Positions 1 to 8,868 of a stretch of DNA of 38,611 nt are shown in pieces. Within the stretch, counting starts at the first letter, position 1. Every line of letters starts with the position of its first letter. Under the pieces are notes generated by a model. It was not told where the DNA came from. It ran no database searches and worked only from the letters and a program-made list of their open reading frames with translations. This DNA comes from a virus (Duplodnaviria > Caudoviricetes), in IMG/VR virus record IMGVR_UViG_3300049201_000022, positions 1 through 38,611 of that record, one strand, 5' to 3'. A program made the position numbers and the translations under genes.

Positions 1-284
1 GCTCGAGCATGGTGGCGCCCGTGTCGCTGGTGGGCGGCATCGGCTCGCCGTGGCTGCTGGGCACCACCATGCTCGAGCGGCGCGGGGGTGTGCTTACCCG
101 CGTGTGCCTCGGCTATCGTGACCTCGCGCTCGGGCTGTACCCGGTCCTGGTGAACTACGTGGACGCGCGCAACGCCACGAGCATCCGGTGGCTGCGGCGC
201 CTGGGCTTTTCCATCGCCGACGAGCCCGTACCGTACGGGCCGAAAGGATTGCCTTTTTACCGATTTGAATTGAGGTCGAAATGA
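1..284 (+). CDS. T7 gp13-like / GNAT-fold virion-associated protein (5' truncated by window)
   Basis: C-terminal NYVDARNATSIRWLRRLGF motif; sits just upstream of the ejection-protein genes. Confidence 0.65.
   Translation, partial: SSMVAPVSLVGGIGSPWLLGTTMLERRGGVLTRVCLGYRDLALGLYPVLVNYVDARNATSIRWLRRLGFSIADEPVPYGPKGLPFYRFELRSK
86..119 (+). promoter_or_regulatory. Putative late promoter (variant box GGGTGTGCTTACCC, 14 nt, TATCGT)
   Basis: 12/14 match to the box found three other times, with the same 14-nt spacer to a -10-like hexamer. Confidence 0.55.
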
Positions 285-511
285 AACTGAAACCCATCTT
301 TACCTGGGACGGCAAGAAGGCCCGCCTGTTTCGCGTCATCTGGAATCGGGGCCGCGTAGGCGACGGCAAAGGATACTCCGCGTTCCTGTCACTCGGCCTT
401 ACGCCACGACTCGCTGCCTTTTCACGGATTGCCAGTTTCCACGAACTGCGCATCACGCTGCTCGGCCTGTCGCTGCATTACCGTCGGAGCTACGGCGGGT
501 ATTTCGTTTGA
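281..511 (+). CDS. Small basic hypothetical protein
   Basis: ATGA overlap with upstream stop; GAGG RBS; visibly lower GC than neighbours. Confidence 0.55.
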   Translation: MKLKPIFTWDGKKARLFRVIWNRGRVGDGKGYSAFLSLGLTPRLAAFSRIASFHELRITLLGLSLHYRRSYGGYFV

Positions 512-520
512 GGTCCGACG

Positions 521-1027
521 ATGTGTAACCCCATGCTGTTCATGGCGGCAGGCGCGGGCGCCAGCGCGGCCGGCGCACAGCAAGCCGCCGAGGCGCAGAA
601 GACCACCCTGCTGTACGACTCGCAGGTGGCCAGCAATAACGCCCAGCTTGCCGAGTGGCAGGCGCAGGACGCGCTCTACCAGGGCGGCGTGCAAGAGCAG
701 GCCATCAAGATGCAGGCCACCGCGCTCAAGTCCACGCAGCGCACGGCCATGGCCGCCAACGGCATCGACACGACCGAGGGCAGTGCCAACAACGTGCTCA
801 CATCCACCGACTACCTGTCGGCCGTGGACGTGAACACCGCGCGCGACAACGCACTGAAAGCCGCGTGGGGCTACCGCACGCAGGGCACCGGCTACAAGGA
901 CGCCGCGGCGAACGCGCGCGCGAGCAGCGACAGCATCAGTCCGGGCAGCGCGGCGTTCCTGTCCCTGCTCGGCAGCTCGGGCCAGGTGGCGAGCACCTGG
1001 TACGCCAGCAAGAAGGCGGGGGCATAA
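521..1027 (+). CDS. Internal virion/ejection protein (T7 gp14-like)
   Basis: MCNP start, Ala/Gly/Gln-rich, AANGID-GS motif, GAGG RBS, position in module. Confidence 0.75.
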   Translation: MCNPMLFMAAGAGASAAGAQQAAEAQKTTLLYDSQVASNNAQLAEWQAQDALYQGGVQEQAIKMQATALKSTQRTAMAANGIDTTEGSANNVLTSTDYLSAVDVNTARDNALKAAWGYRTQGTGYKDAAANARASSDSISPGSAAFLSLLGSSGQVASTWYASKKAGA

Positions 1028-2838
1028 TGCCGCGCGTTCCCGAATACGGCGCCGCGCCGCAGGTTTCCCCGAACGCTCTGCCGGGCGTGCGCCAGGCGCC
1101 CAGCACCAACGCGGCCATGCTGGGCGAAGGCGCCCGGCAAATGGACCAGCTCGGCAAGGGCTTGACCGCCGTGGGCGACGCCACCGCGCGCATCCAGATC
1201 GACATGGCGAACGAGGCCAACGCGGTGCGCGTGGACGACGCGCTGTCGCAGGCCAAGGCCGCCGCGCTCGACCTCACGTTCAACCAGCAATCGGGGTTCT
1301 CGACGCTCAAGGGCGACGCCGCGCTCAACCGGCCGGACGGCAAATCACTCGACCAGGAATACGGCGACAAGCTGCAGCAACGGCTGTCCGAAATCGCCGA
1401 CTCGCTGGGCAACGACGCACAGAAACGCGCGTTCCAGATGCGCGCCAACGACATCACCACCAGCCTGCGCGCGCAGGCCCAGCAGCATGCCAGCCAGCAG
1501 TACCAGGCGTACAAGATGTCCGTGCAGGAAGGCACCGCGAAGACCGCGGCCAACGCCATCGCGCTCAACCCGCTGGACGAGAAAAACGTCACCGAGAACG
1601 TGGCCGAACTCAACCGCGCGGTCTACAACGCCGGCAAGATGTCGGGCCGCTCGGCCGAGGAAATCACCGCGCTGCAGGGCGAGACCGTGAGCCGCGCGCA
1701 CACGGACGCGCTCAAGGTACTGATGGAGCGCGACGACACGACCGGCGCGCAGGCGTATTACGAGAAGTACAAGGACCAGCTTACCGGCCTGGCCCGTGCC
1801 GACATGGGCGAAAAGCTCAAGGTGGCCGGCAACGCACTGGCGGCGACGAAAAGCGCGGACGACCTTTGGTCGCAATTCGGGCCAAAGGCCGACGGCCAGC
1901 CGGTCGAACTCGACAAGATGGAAGCCGCAGCGCGCGAGAAGTACGCCGCGGATCCGCTCAAGGCGAAGGCCACCATTGCCGAGCTGCGCGAGCGCGCTGC
2001 GGCGTTCAACTCGAGCGAGACCGAGCGCGCCGCCGGCAACGTCAACAAGGTCATGCAGGCGTACGGCCAAGGCAAGACCTTGGCTGCGCTGCAGCGCATG
2101 CCCGAGTTCCTGGCCCTGCCCGGCGCCAAGCAGACCGAAATCATCCAGCACGTCTCCGACCGCGCCCACATGCTCATGGTGCGCAGCGAAGAGGACCGCC
2201 GACGCGCCGAGGAACGGCAGGCGCGCCAGTCGTTCGGCGCCTTCCTGGCCTACAGCAACCCCGAGACCCTGGCCGGCATGAGCGAGGCGCAGGTGTCCGC
2301 GCTGCTGCCGACGCTGGGCAACCAGCTCACCGGGCACCTGATGGAGAAGAAGCGCGCGCTGACCAGCGCCGACGCGCGCATGACCGCGTCCATCGACAAC
2401 GAGGACTTCAACCATATCGCCGACGGTATGGGCTTGAAGCCGTACGAGAACAACAAGTCGGAAGACGACAAGCGCGCGCTGGGCGAACTCAAGTACCGCG
2501 TGGAAACGCTCATCGACTTGGCCCAGCGCAACAAGAAGGCGCCGCTGTCGCGCGACGAAAAGCAGGAAGTCATGCGGCAGGAAATGGCGCGCAAGGTTCA
2601 GGTGGACAACTCGTGGTGGTTCGGCAGCACGTCCGTGCCAGTCATCCAGATGACACCCGAGCAGGCGCAGCGTGTCGTCGTGCCGTCGGCCGAGCGCAGC
2701 AAGATCGTGGACGCGCTGCGCACGATGTATCAGAAGAACCCGAACAATCCGGCGTACGCGCCGACCGAGGACAACGTGCGCCGCCTGTACCTGCGCAGCC
2801 AATCGCCGGCCGCCGGCCTGATTCCGAATGCCCGATAA
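1027..2838 (+). CDS. Internal virion/ejection protein (gp15-like), 603 aa
   Basis: TAATG coupling gives start MPRVPEY at 1027 rather than 655; helical Ala/Gln-rich; lies between gp14-like and gp16-like genes. Confidence 0.7.
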   Translation: MPRVPEYGAAPQVSPNALPGVRQAPSTNAAMLGEGARQMDQLGKGLTAVGDATARIQIDMANEANAVRVDDALSQAKAAALDLTFNQQSGFSTLKGDAALNRPDGKSLDQEYGDKLQQRLSEIADSLGNDAQKRAFQMRANDITTSLRAQAQQHASQQYQAYKMSVQEGTAKTAANAIALNPLDEKNVTENVAELNRAVYNAGKMSGRSAEEITALQGETVSRAHTDALKVLMERDDTTGAQAYYEKYKDQLTGLARADMGEKLKVAGNALAATKSADDLWSQFGPKADGQPVELDKMEAAAREKYAADPLKAKATIAELRERAAAFNSSETERAAGNVNKVMQAYGQGKTLAALQRMPEFLALPGAKQTEIIQHVSDRAHMLMVRSEEDRRRAEERQARQSFGAFLAYSNPETLAGMSEAQVSALLPTLGNQLTGHLMEKKRALTSADARMTASIDNEDFNHIADGMGLKPYENNKSEDDKRALGELKYRVETLIDLAQRNKKAPLSRDEKQEVMRQEMARKVQVDNSWWFGSTSVPVIQMTPEQAQRVVVPSAERSKIVDALRTMYQKNPNNPAYAPTEDNVRRLYLRSQSPAAGLIPNAR

Positions 2839-5800
2839 ATACACCGAACTGCTCGAAGGCGGCGCCGCGCCGGCCAATCCCTACCTGGACACGCTGCAGC
2901 GCGACGAGAACGCGCGCGACGCGCAGTTCCGCACCAGCGCCACGCAGGCCATCGACGTGAACCCCGACCAGGTATCGACGCGCCTACGCGTGGCGAAGTA
3001 CCTGGGCGTGCCGCCGCCGGCTGTGGACGCGCTGCCGGCGGACGCCGAGCGCGCCGCGAAGCTCAAGCAACTGGACGAGACCACGCAGGGCGCGCCCGTG
3101 ACGCGCCAGGCGTTCACCGACGCCGACTTCGCACGCCTGGCCCACGACGACGCGGACAACCTGTCGCTGATGGAAAAGGCCGTCGGCGCGCTCAAGTACG
3201 TGGTGAGCGCACCCGACGCCGCGCGCGGCGGCCTGTTCAGCGATGCGGTGCGCGGTGGCCGCGCGCTGGCCTCGGGCATCCCGACATTCAGCGGCGGCTT
3301 CTATGGTGCGCTGGCCGCGCCCGTCGAACTGCTGGGCAACCCGGGCGATGTGGGCGGCTTCCTGCGCGACCTGCAGCACCAGCAGCAGGCCAAGGCGAAG
3401 GACTGGATGGGCGCCGACCCGAACGCGGGGCTGGTCGAGCGCGGCGTCATGTCCGGCTTCCAGTCCGCCGGACAGAACCTCATCACGCTGCCGCTGGGCC
3501 TGGCCAACGGCGTGCGCATGACCGGCGAGCAGGCCATGCTGGCCGCCATGGGTCTCACGACCTTCGGCCAGTCCTACGGCAAGGGCCGCGACGCGGGCCT
3601 CGCGCCCGCGCGCGCGATCCCGTACGCGGCCGAGGACGCGGTGGCCGAGGTCGTCACCGAGAAGTTCATGGGCGCCGCCGGCCTGCTGGGCCAGATCAAG
3701 GCCAACAGTTCAGCCGCCAAGATGCTCATGTACGAGGTCACGAAAGAGGTGCCCGGCGAGGTCACGGCGACGCTGTGGCAGAACTTCAACGAGTGGATGA
3801 ACCTGCACCCCGAGCAGTCGGTCAAGGACTTCCTGGCCGCGCAGCCGGCGGACATGGCCGAAACCGTCATTGCCACGCTGGTGGGCGGCGGCACGCAGAT
3901 CGGCCTCGTGCACGGCGCGCAGAAAGTCGCGGGCCGCGAGCAGCAGGCGCAGCAGGCCGACCGTGGCGCGCAAGCGCTGCAGGGTATCAGCGACCTCGCC
4001 GCGGCGTCCCGCGTGCGCGGGCGCGACGTGTCCACCTTCGAGAACTTCGTGCGCCAGGCCAACGAGGACGGCCCGGTGTCGGACGTGTACGTGTCGGCCG
4101 CCGCCCTGCAGCAGTCGGGCGTGGACGTGAACGCGCTGGCGCAGGCGTCGCCCGCCGTCGCCGAGCAGGTGCAAACGGCCGTCGCAACCGGTGGTGACAT
4201 CCGCATCCCGGTCGAAGAGTTCGCCGGCCGGATCGCCGGCACCGACCTCGCGCAGTCGCTCATCCCGCACCTGCGCACCGAGCCGGGCGGCATGTCGCAA
4301 ATCGAGGCGCAGCAGTTCATGCAGTCGCACGCGGACGAGCTGCACGCGGAAGTCGAGCGCGCCCTCACCGAGCGCCAGGGCGACGACGCGTTCAAGGCGT
4401 CGCGCGACGCTGTCAGCACGCAGATGCTCGAGCAGTTGAACGCGGCGGGCCGCTTCACGCCGGACGTGAACCGCGCCTACGCCGACATGCTGGGCAACTT
4501 CTACGCCGTGCAGGGCGCCAAGGTCGGATTGACGCCCGAGCAGATGGCCGAGCGTTACCCGCTGCAGGTGCGCGCCGAGCGGCTGGTGGGCGCCAAGACG
4601 CTGGACCAGGCGCCGCAGGTTGAAGCGTTCAACGACCTGGGCAGCGGCTTCACCATCGAGGGCGACACCCTCATGCGCCGCGGCGAGGCCGTGGGCGACA
4701 TCAAGCTCGAGGTGGAAAGCGGCGGCAAGGGCACGCCGCACCTGGTCGTGCGCGACATCCGCATCAAGAACAAGGGCAACGGCATCGGCACGATGGCGCT
4801 GGCCGCCATCATGGGTAAGGCGTCGCAGCACGGCCTGCCGGTGGCGCTGACCAGCGAGTCGATGCTGGGCAAGGCGCACCAGAAGCGCCTTCGCGCGTAC
4901 TACCAAAAACTCGGCTTCAAGAAGAACACGGGCGGCGACAAGGTGCCGGGCGTGCGCGAGGAATTCGTGTGGACGCCGCCGAACACGCTGAACCAGGGCC
5001 AGCCCGGCGCGCGCGGTTCGATCACGCTGGGCGAGGACATCACGCAAACGCCCTCGGTCGTCACGCTGCTGCAGCGCGCGGACCTGTCCACGTTCCTGCA
5101 CGAGTCCGGCCACTTCTACCTCGAGGTGCTGTCCGACATGGCCAGCCGCGAGGACGCGCCGCAGGGCGTGAAGGACGACATGGCCGCCGTGCTCAAGTGG
5201 TTCGGCGTGCCGGACCTGGCCACGTGGAACGGCTACGACATCGAGCAGAAGCGCGACCACCACGAGACTTTCGCGCGCGGCTTCGAGGCGTACCTGTTCG
5301 AAGGCCGGGCGCCGTCGGTCGAGCTGGCCAGCATGTTCCAGCGCTTCCGCGCCTGGATGCTCAACGTGTACCGCTCGTTGTCGCAGCTCAACGTGACGCT
5401 GAACGACGAGGTGCGCGGCGTGTTCGACCGCATGCTCGCCACCAGGCAGGCCATCCAGGAAGCCGAGGCCGTGCGCGGCTACGGCGGCCTGTTCGCCAGC
5501 AAGCCCGAATTCATGAGCGACGACGAATGGCTGCGCTATCAAGCGCTCGGCCAGGACGCGACGCAGTCGGCCATCCACGACCTCGAGACCCGTTCGCTGC
5601 GCGACATGCAATGGCTGACGAACGCCAAGGCGCGCAAGATCAAGGAACTGCAGCGCGAGGCCGAGGGCAAGCGCAAGGCCGTGCGCGCCGAGGTGGAAGC
5701 CGAGGTCATGGCCGAGCCGATCAATCTGGCGCGCCGTTTCCTCACGCACGGCGAACTGCCGGACACCGACCGCAACCGCGAGCAGCGCCGCATCATCGAA

Positions 5801-8800
5801 GACGCCGGCATGTCCGGCACGAAGCTCAACCTGGCCGACCTCAAGGAAATGTACGGCGACGGCCCGGCCGCGCCGTGGCGCTACCTGACGACCGGCCAGC
5901 AGGGCATGGCCACGGCCGAGGGCGGCATGCACCCCGACCTCGCGGCCGAAATCTTCGGCTTCACTTCTGGCGACCACCTCGTCCGTGAACTGCTGGCGGC
6001 CGAGAAGCCCGCCGAGAAAATCGAGGGCATCACCGACCAGCGCATGCTGGAACGCTACGGCGACCTGACCGACGAGCGCGCCATTTCACGCGCGGCCGAC
6101 GAGGCGCTGCACGACGAGGCGCGCACGCGCTTCGTGGCCACCGAACTGGCGGCGCTGGAAAAAGCGATGAACGCCCGCGAGGATGCAGGCACCGACGCGC
6201 GCGGCCGGCGCCGCACCGTGGCCACGCTGCCGCGCGCGGCGCGCCAGTTCGCCGAGGCGACCATCGCCCGCCTCAAGGTGCGCAACATCCGGCCGGCGCA
6301 GTACAGTGCCGCCGCCGCGCGCGCCGCGAAGGCCGCCGACGCCGCCTTCAAGAAGGGCGACCTGCAGGCCGCCGCCGTCGAGAAGCGCAACCAGCTCGTG
6401 AACTCGTACGCCGACCGCGCCGCGCACGCCGCGCAGGCCGAGGTGGACAAGGCGCTCGCGTACTTCAAGCGCTTCGACACCGAGGGCACGCGCAAGGCGC
6501 TGGACGCCGAGTACCTGGACCAGATCGACCAGTTGCTCGCGCGCTTCGACCTGCGCAGCGGGCAAACCCTGCGCGCCATCGACCGCCGCAAGTCGCTGCT
6601 GGAATGGGCGGAATCGCAGCGCGAACAGGGCTTCGAGCCGGACATCCCGCCCGAGTTGCTGGCCGAGGCCGGCCGCCAGTCGTACAAGGACATGACCGTC
6701 GAAGAACTGCGCGGCCTGCGCGACACGGTCAAACAAATCGAGCACCTGGCCCGCCTCAAGCACAAGCTGCTCACGGCCAAGGACCAGCGCGAATACGAGG
6801 CCGTGCGCGACCTCATCACCGCGTCCATCGAAGAGCACGCCGGCACGCGCCGCGCCGACACGCGCACGCCGACCACGAACATGGGCCGCGCGATGCAGGG
6901 CATGCGCCGCTTCTTCGCCGCGCACGTGAAGGTCGCGACCTGGGCGCGCATCCTGGACGGCGGCAAGGACGGCGGCCCGGTGTGGGAATACTTCGTCCGC
7001 AGTGCCAACGAGCGCGGCGACATGGAAACGACCATGCGCGCCGAGGCCACCACGAAGCTGTCGGACATCCTCGCGCCCGTGTTCAAGCTGGGCAAGATGG
7101 GCGGCAAGGGCGTGTACTTCGAAAGCATCGGCCGCAGTCTGAACCGCGAGTCGCGCATCGCCATCGCGCTGAACGTCGGTAACCAGTCCAACCTGCAGCG
7201 CCTGCTGGGCGGCGAGGGCTGGACCATGGCGCAGGTGCAGCCGGTGCTGGACTCGCTCACGCGCGAGGAATGGGACGCGGTACAGGCGATTTGGGACCAC
7301 TTCGAGTCGTACCGCCCGCTGATCGAAGCCAAGGAAAAACGCGTGTACGGCAAGGCGCCCGAATGGCTCGAGCCCAGCCCGGTGCAGACCCCGCACGGCG
7401 AGTACCGCGGCGGCTACTACCCGGTGAAGTACGACCCGGCGGCCAGCCAGCGCGCAGAGGAACACGCGGACGCCGAAGGCGCGAAACGCCAACTGCAGGG
7501 TGCGTACACCAGCGCCACCACGCGCCGCTCGTTCACGAAGACGCGCGCCGAGGAAGTACATGGCCGCCCCCTGCTCTACTCGCTGGCCGGCCTGTACTCG
7601 GGCGTCAACGATGTCATCCACGACCTGTCGTGGCATGAATGGTTGATCGACGCCAACCGGTTGCTGAAATCCACCAGCATCGACAGCGCCATCCGCAACC
7701 ACTACGGCCCCGAGGTCAAGGCGCAATTCAAGTCGTGGGCCGCCGACATCGCCGAGGGCGAGAAGTCGTCGGACAACGCGGGCGAGATTGCGCTGGGCAA
7801 GCTGCGCCAGAACGTGAGCGTGGCCGGCCTGGGTTTCAACGTGATGAGCGCGGCCCTGCAGGGTCTCGGCATGACGCAGTCCATCGTGCGCGTCGGCCCC
7901 ACGCACATCGGCCGCGGCATCGTGCAGTACCTCGCCTCGCCCATCGACAGCACGCGCGAAGTGAACGAGAAGTCGGAATTCATGCGCAACCGGGCGCGCA
8001 CGCGATACCGCGAGCTCAACGAGCTGCGCAACCGCGTGCAGGCCGACCTGCCGGCGGCCGACGTGCTCAAGCAGCACGCGTACGTCCTGATGATGCGCTG
8101 CCAGCAGACCGTGGACGTGCCGACGTGGCTGGGCGCCTACGACAAGGCCCTCGGCGAAGGCAACACCGAGGACCGCGCCATCGACCTCGCCGACCAGGCC
8201 GTCATCGACGCGCAGGGTGGCGGGCAGGTGAAGGACGTGTCGGCCATCGAACGCGGCGGCCAGGCGCTCAAGCTGTTCACGGTCTTCTACTCGTTCATGA
8301 ACACCGCATTCAACCTGGGCGTGGCCGAGACCATGACCGAGTCGAGCAAGGCGAAGCTGGCCGCCAAGTACCTGATGCTGTACTCGGTGCCGGCGGTGCT
8401 GGGCACGCTGCTCAAGGACGCCTTGACCCCGGGCGATTCGGGCGACGGCGACGACTGGAAGAAGCTGGCGCAGAAGCTCGTGGCCGCGCAACTCAGCTAT
8501 CTCATGGGCCTGATGGTCGTGTCGCGGGAATTCGGCGAGGCGGCCAACATCGTCACCGGCCAGCGCACCATGGGCTACTCGGGGCCGGCCGGCGTGCGCT
8601 TCGTGGGGGACAGCATCAAGTTCCTCGACCAAGCGCGCAAAGGCCAGTTCGATGACTCGTTCCGCAAGGCGGCCGTGAACATGGCCGGCGACGCGCTGGG
8701 CCTGCCGGGCGCGCAGATCAACCGCACGATCACGGGCACGAAGGCGCTGGCCGAGGGCAAGACGCACAATCCTGCGGCCATCGCCTTCGGCTTCCAGGAG

Positions 8801-8809
8801 AAGCGATAA
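2828..8809 (+). CDS. Large internal virion/ejection protein (gp16-like, polyvalent) with GNAT-like and HExxH domains
   Basis: 1993 aa; KGNGIGT...YYQKLGF GNAT motifs; STFLHESGH zincin motif; precedes tailspike. Confidence 0.75.
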   Translation: MPDKYTELLEGGAAPANPYLDTLQRDENARDAQFRTSATQAIDVNPDQVSTRLRVAKYLGVPPPAVDALPADAERAAKLKQLDETTQGAPVTRQAFTDADFARLAHDDADNLSLMEKAVGALKYVVSAPDAARGGLFSDAVRGGRALASGIPTFSGGFYGALAAPVELLGNPGDVGGFLRDLQHQQQAKAKDWMGADPNAGLVERGVMSGFQSAGQNLITLPLGLANGVRMTGEQAMLAAMGLTTFGQSYGKGRDAGLAPARAIPYAAEDAVAEVVTEKFMGAAGLLGQIKANSSAAKMLMYEVTKEVPGEVTATLWQNFNEWMNLHPEQSVKDFLAAQPADMAETVIATLVGGGTQIGLVHGAQKVAGREQQAQQADRGAQALQGISDLAAASRVRGRDVSTFENFVRQANEDGPVSDVYVSAAALQQSGVDVNALAQASPAVAEQVQTAVATGGDIRIPVEEFAGRIAGTDLAQSLIPHLRTEPGGMSQIEAQQFMQSHADELHAEVERALTERQGDDAFKASRDAVSTQMLEQLNAAGRFTPDVNRAYADMLGNFYAVQGAKVGLTPEQMAERYPLQVRAERLVGAKTLDQAPQVEAFNDLGSGFTIEGDTLMRRGEAVGDIKLEVESGGKGTPHLVVRDIRIKNKGNGIGTMALAAIMGKASQHGLPVALTSESMLGKAHQKRLRAYYQKLGFKKNTGGDKVPGVREEFVWTPPNTLNQGQPGARGSITLGEDITQTPSVVTLLQRADLSTFLHESGHFYLEVLSDMASREDAPQGVKDDMAAVLKWFGVPDLATWNGYDIEQKRDHHETFARGFEAYLFEGRAPSVELASMFQRFRAWMLNVYRSLSQLNVTLNDEVRGVFDRMLATRQAIQEAEAVRGYGGLFASKPEFMSDDEWLRYQALGQDATQSAIHDLETRSLRDMQWLTNAKARKIKELQREAEGKRKAVRAEVEAEVMAEPINLARRFLTHGELPDTDRNREQRRIIEDAGMSGTKLNLADLKEMYGDGPAAPWRYLTTGQQGMATAEGGMHPDLAAEIFGFTSGDHLVRELLAAEKPAEKIEGITDQRMLERYGDLTDERAISRAADEALHDEARTRFVATELAALEKAMNAREDAGTDARGRRRTVATLPRAARQFAEATIARLKVRNIRPAQYSAAAARAAKAADAAFKKGDLQAAAVEKRNQLVNSYADRAAHAAQAEVDKALAYFKRFDTEGTRKALDAEYLDQIDQLLARFDLRSGQTLRAIDRRKSLLEWAESQREQGFEPDIPPELLAEAGRQSYKDMTVEELRGLRDTVKQIEHLARLKHKLLTAKDQREYEAVRDLITASIEEHAGTRRADTRTPTTNMGRAMQGMRRFFAAHVKVATWARILDGGKDGGPVWEYFVRSANERGDMETTMRAEATTKLSDILAPVFKLGKMGGKGVYFESIGRSLNRESRIAIALNVGNQSNLQRLLGGEGWTMAQVQPVLDSLTREEWDAVQAIWDHFESYRPLIEAKEKRVYGKAPEWLEPSPVQTPHGEYRGGYYPVKYDPAASQRAEEHADAEGAKRQLQGAYTSATTRRSFTKTRAEEVHGRPLLYSLAGLYSGVNDVIHDLSWHEWLIDANRLLKSTSIDSAIRNHYGPEVKAQFKSWAADIAEGEKSSDNAGEIALGKLRQNVSVAGLGFNVMSAALQGLGMTQSIVRVGPTHIGRGIVQYLASPIDSTREVNEKSEFMRNRARTRYRELNELRNRVQADLPAADVLKQHAYVLMMRCQQTVDVPTWLGAYDKALGEGNTEDRAIDLADQAVIDAQGGGQVKDVSAIERGGQALKLFTVFYSFMNTAFNLGVAETMTESSKAKLAAKYLMLYSVPAVLGTLLKDALTPGDSGDGDDWKKLAQKLVAAQLSYLMGLMVVSREFGEAANIVTGQRTMGYSGPAGVRFVGDSIKFLDQARKGQFDDSFRKAAVNMAGDALGLPGAQINRTITGTKALAEGKTHNPAAIAFGFQEKR

Positions 8810-8843
8810 GGGTGTGCATACCGGCGGTCCTGAGGGCAACAAT
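8810..8843 (+). promoter_or_regulatory. Putative late promoter (GGGTGTGCATACCG, 14 nt, AACAAT)
   Basis: Exact 14-mer also at 31255 and 33432; intergenic, upstream of tailspike. Confidence 0.65.
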
Positions 8844-8868
8844 GCCCGCAACCTAAGGATCGCCGGAT

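Noticed and set aside
655-1026. 5' extension of the 727-aa ORF
   Set aside because: Overlaps the gp14-like gene out of frame; TAATG coupling supports a start at 1027
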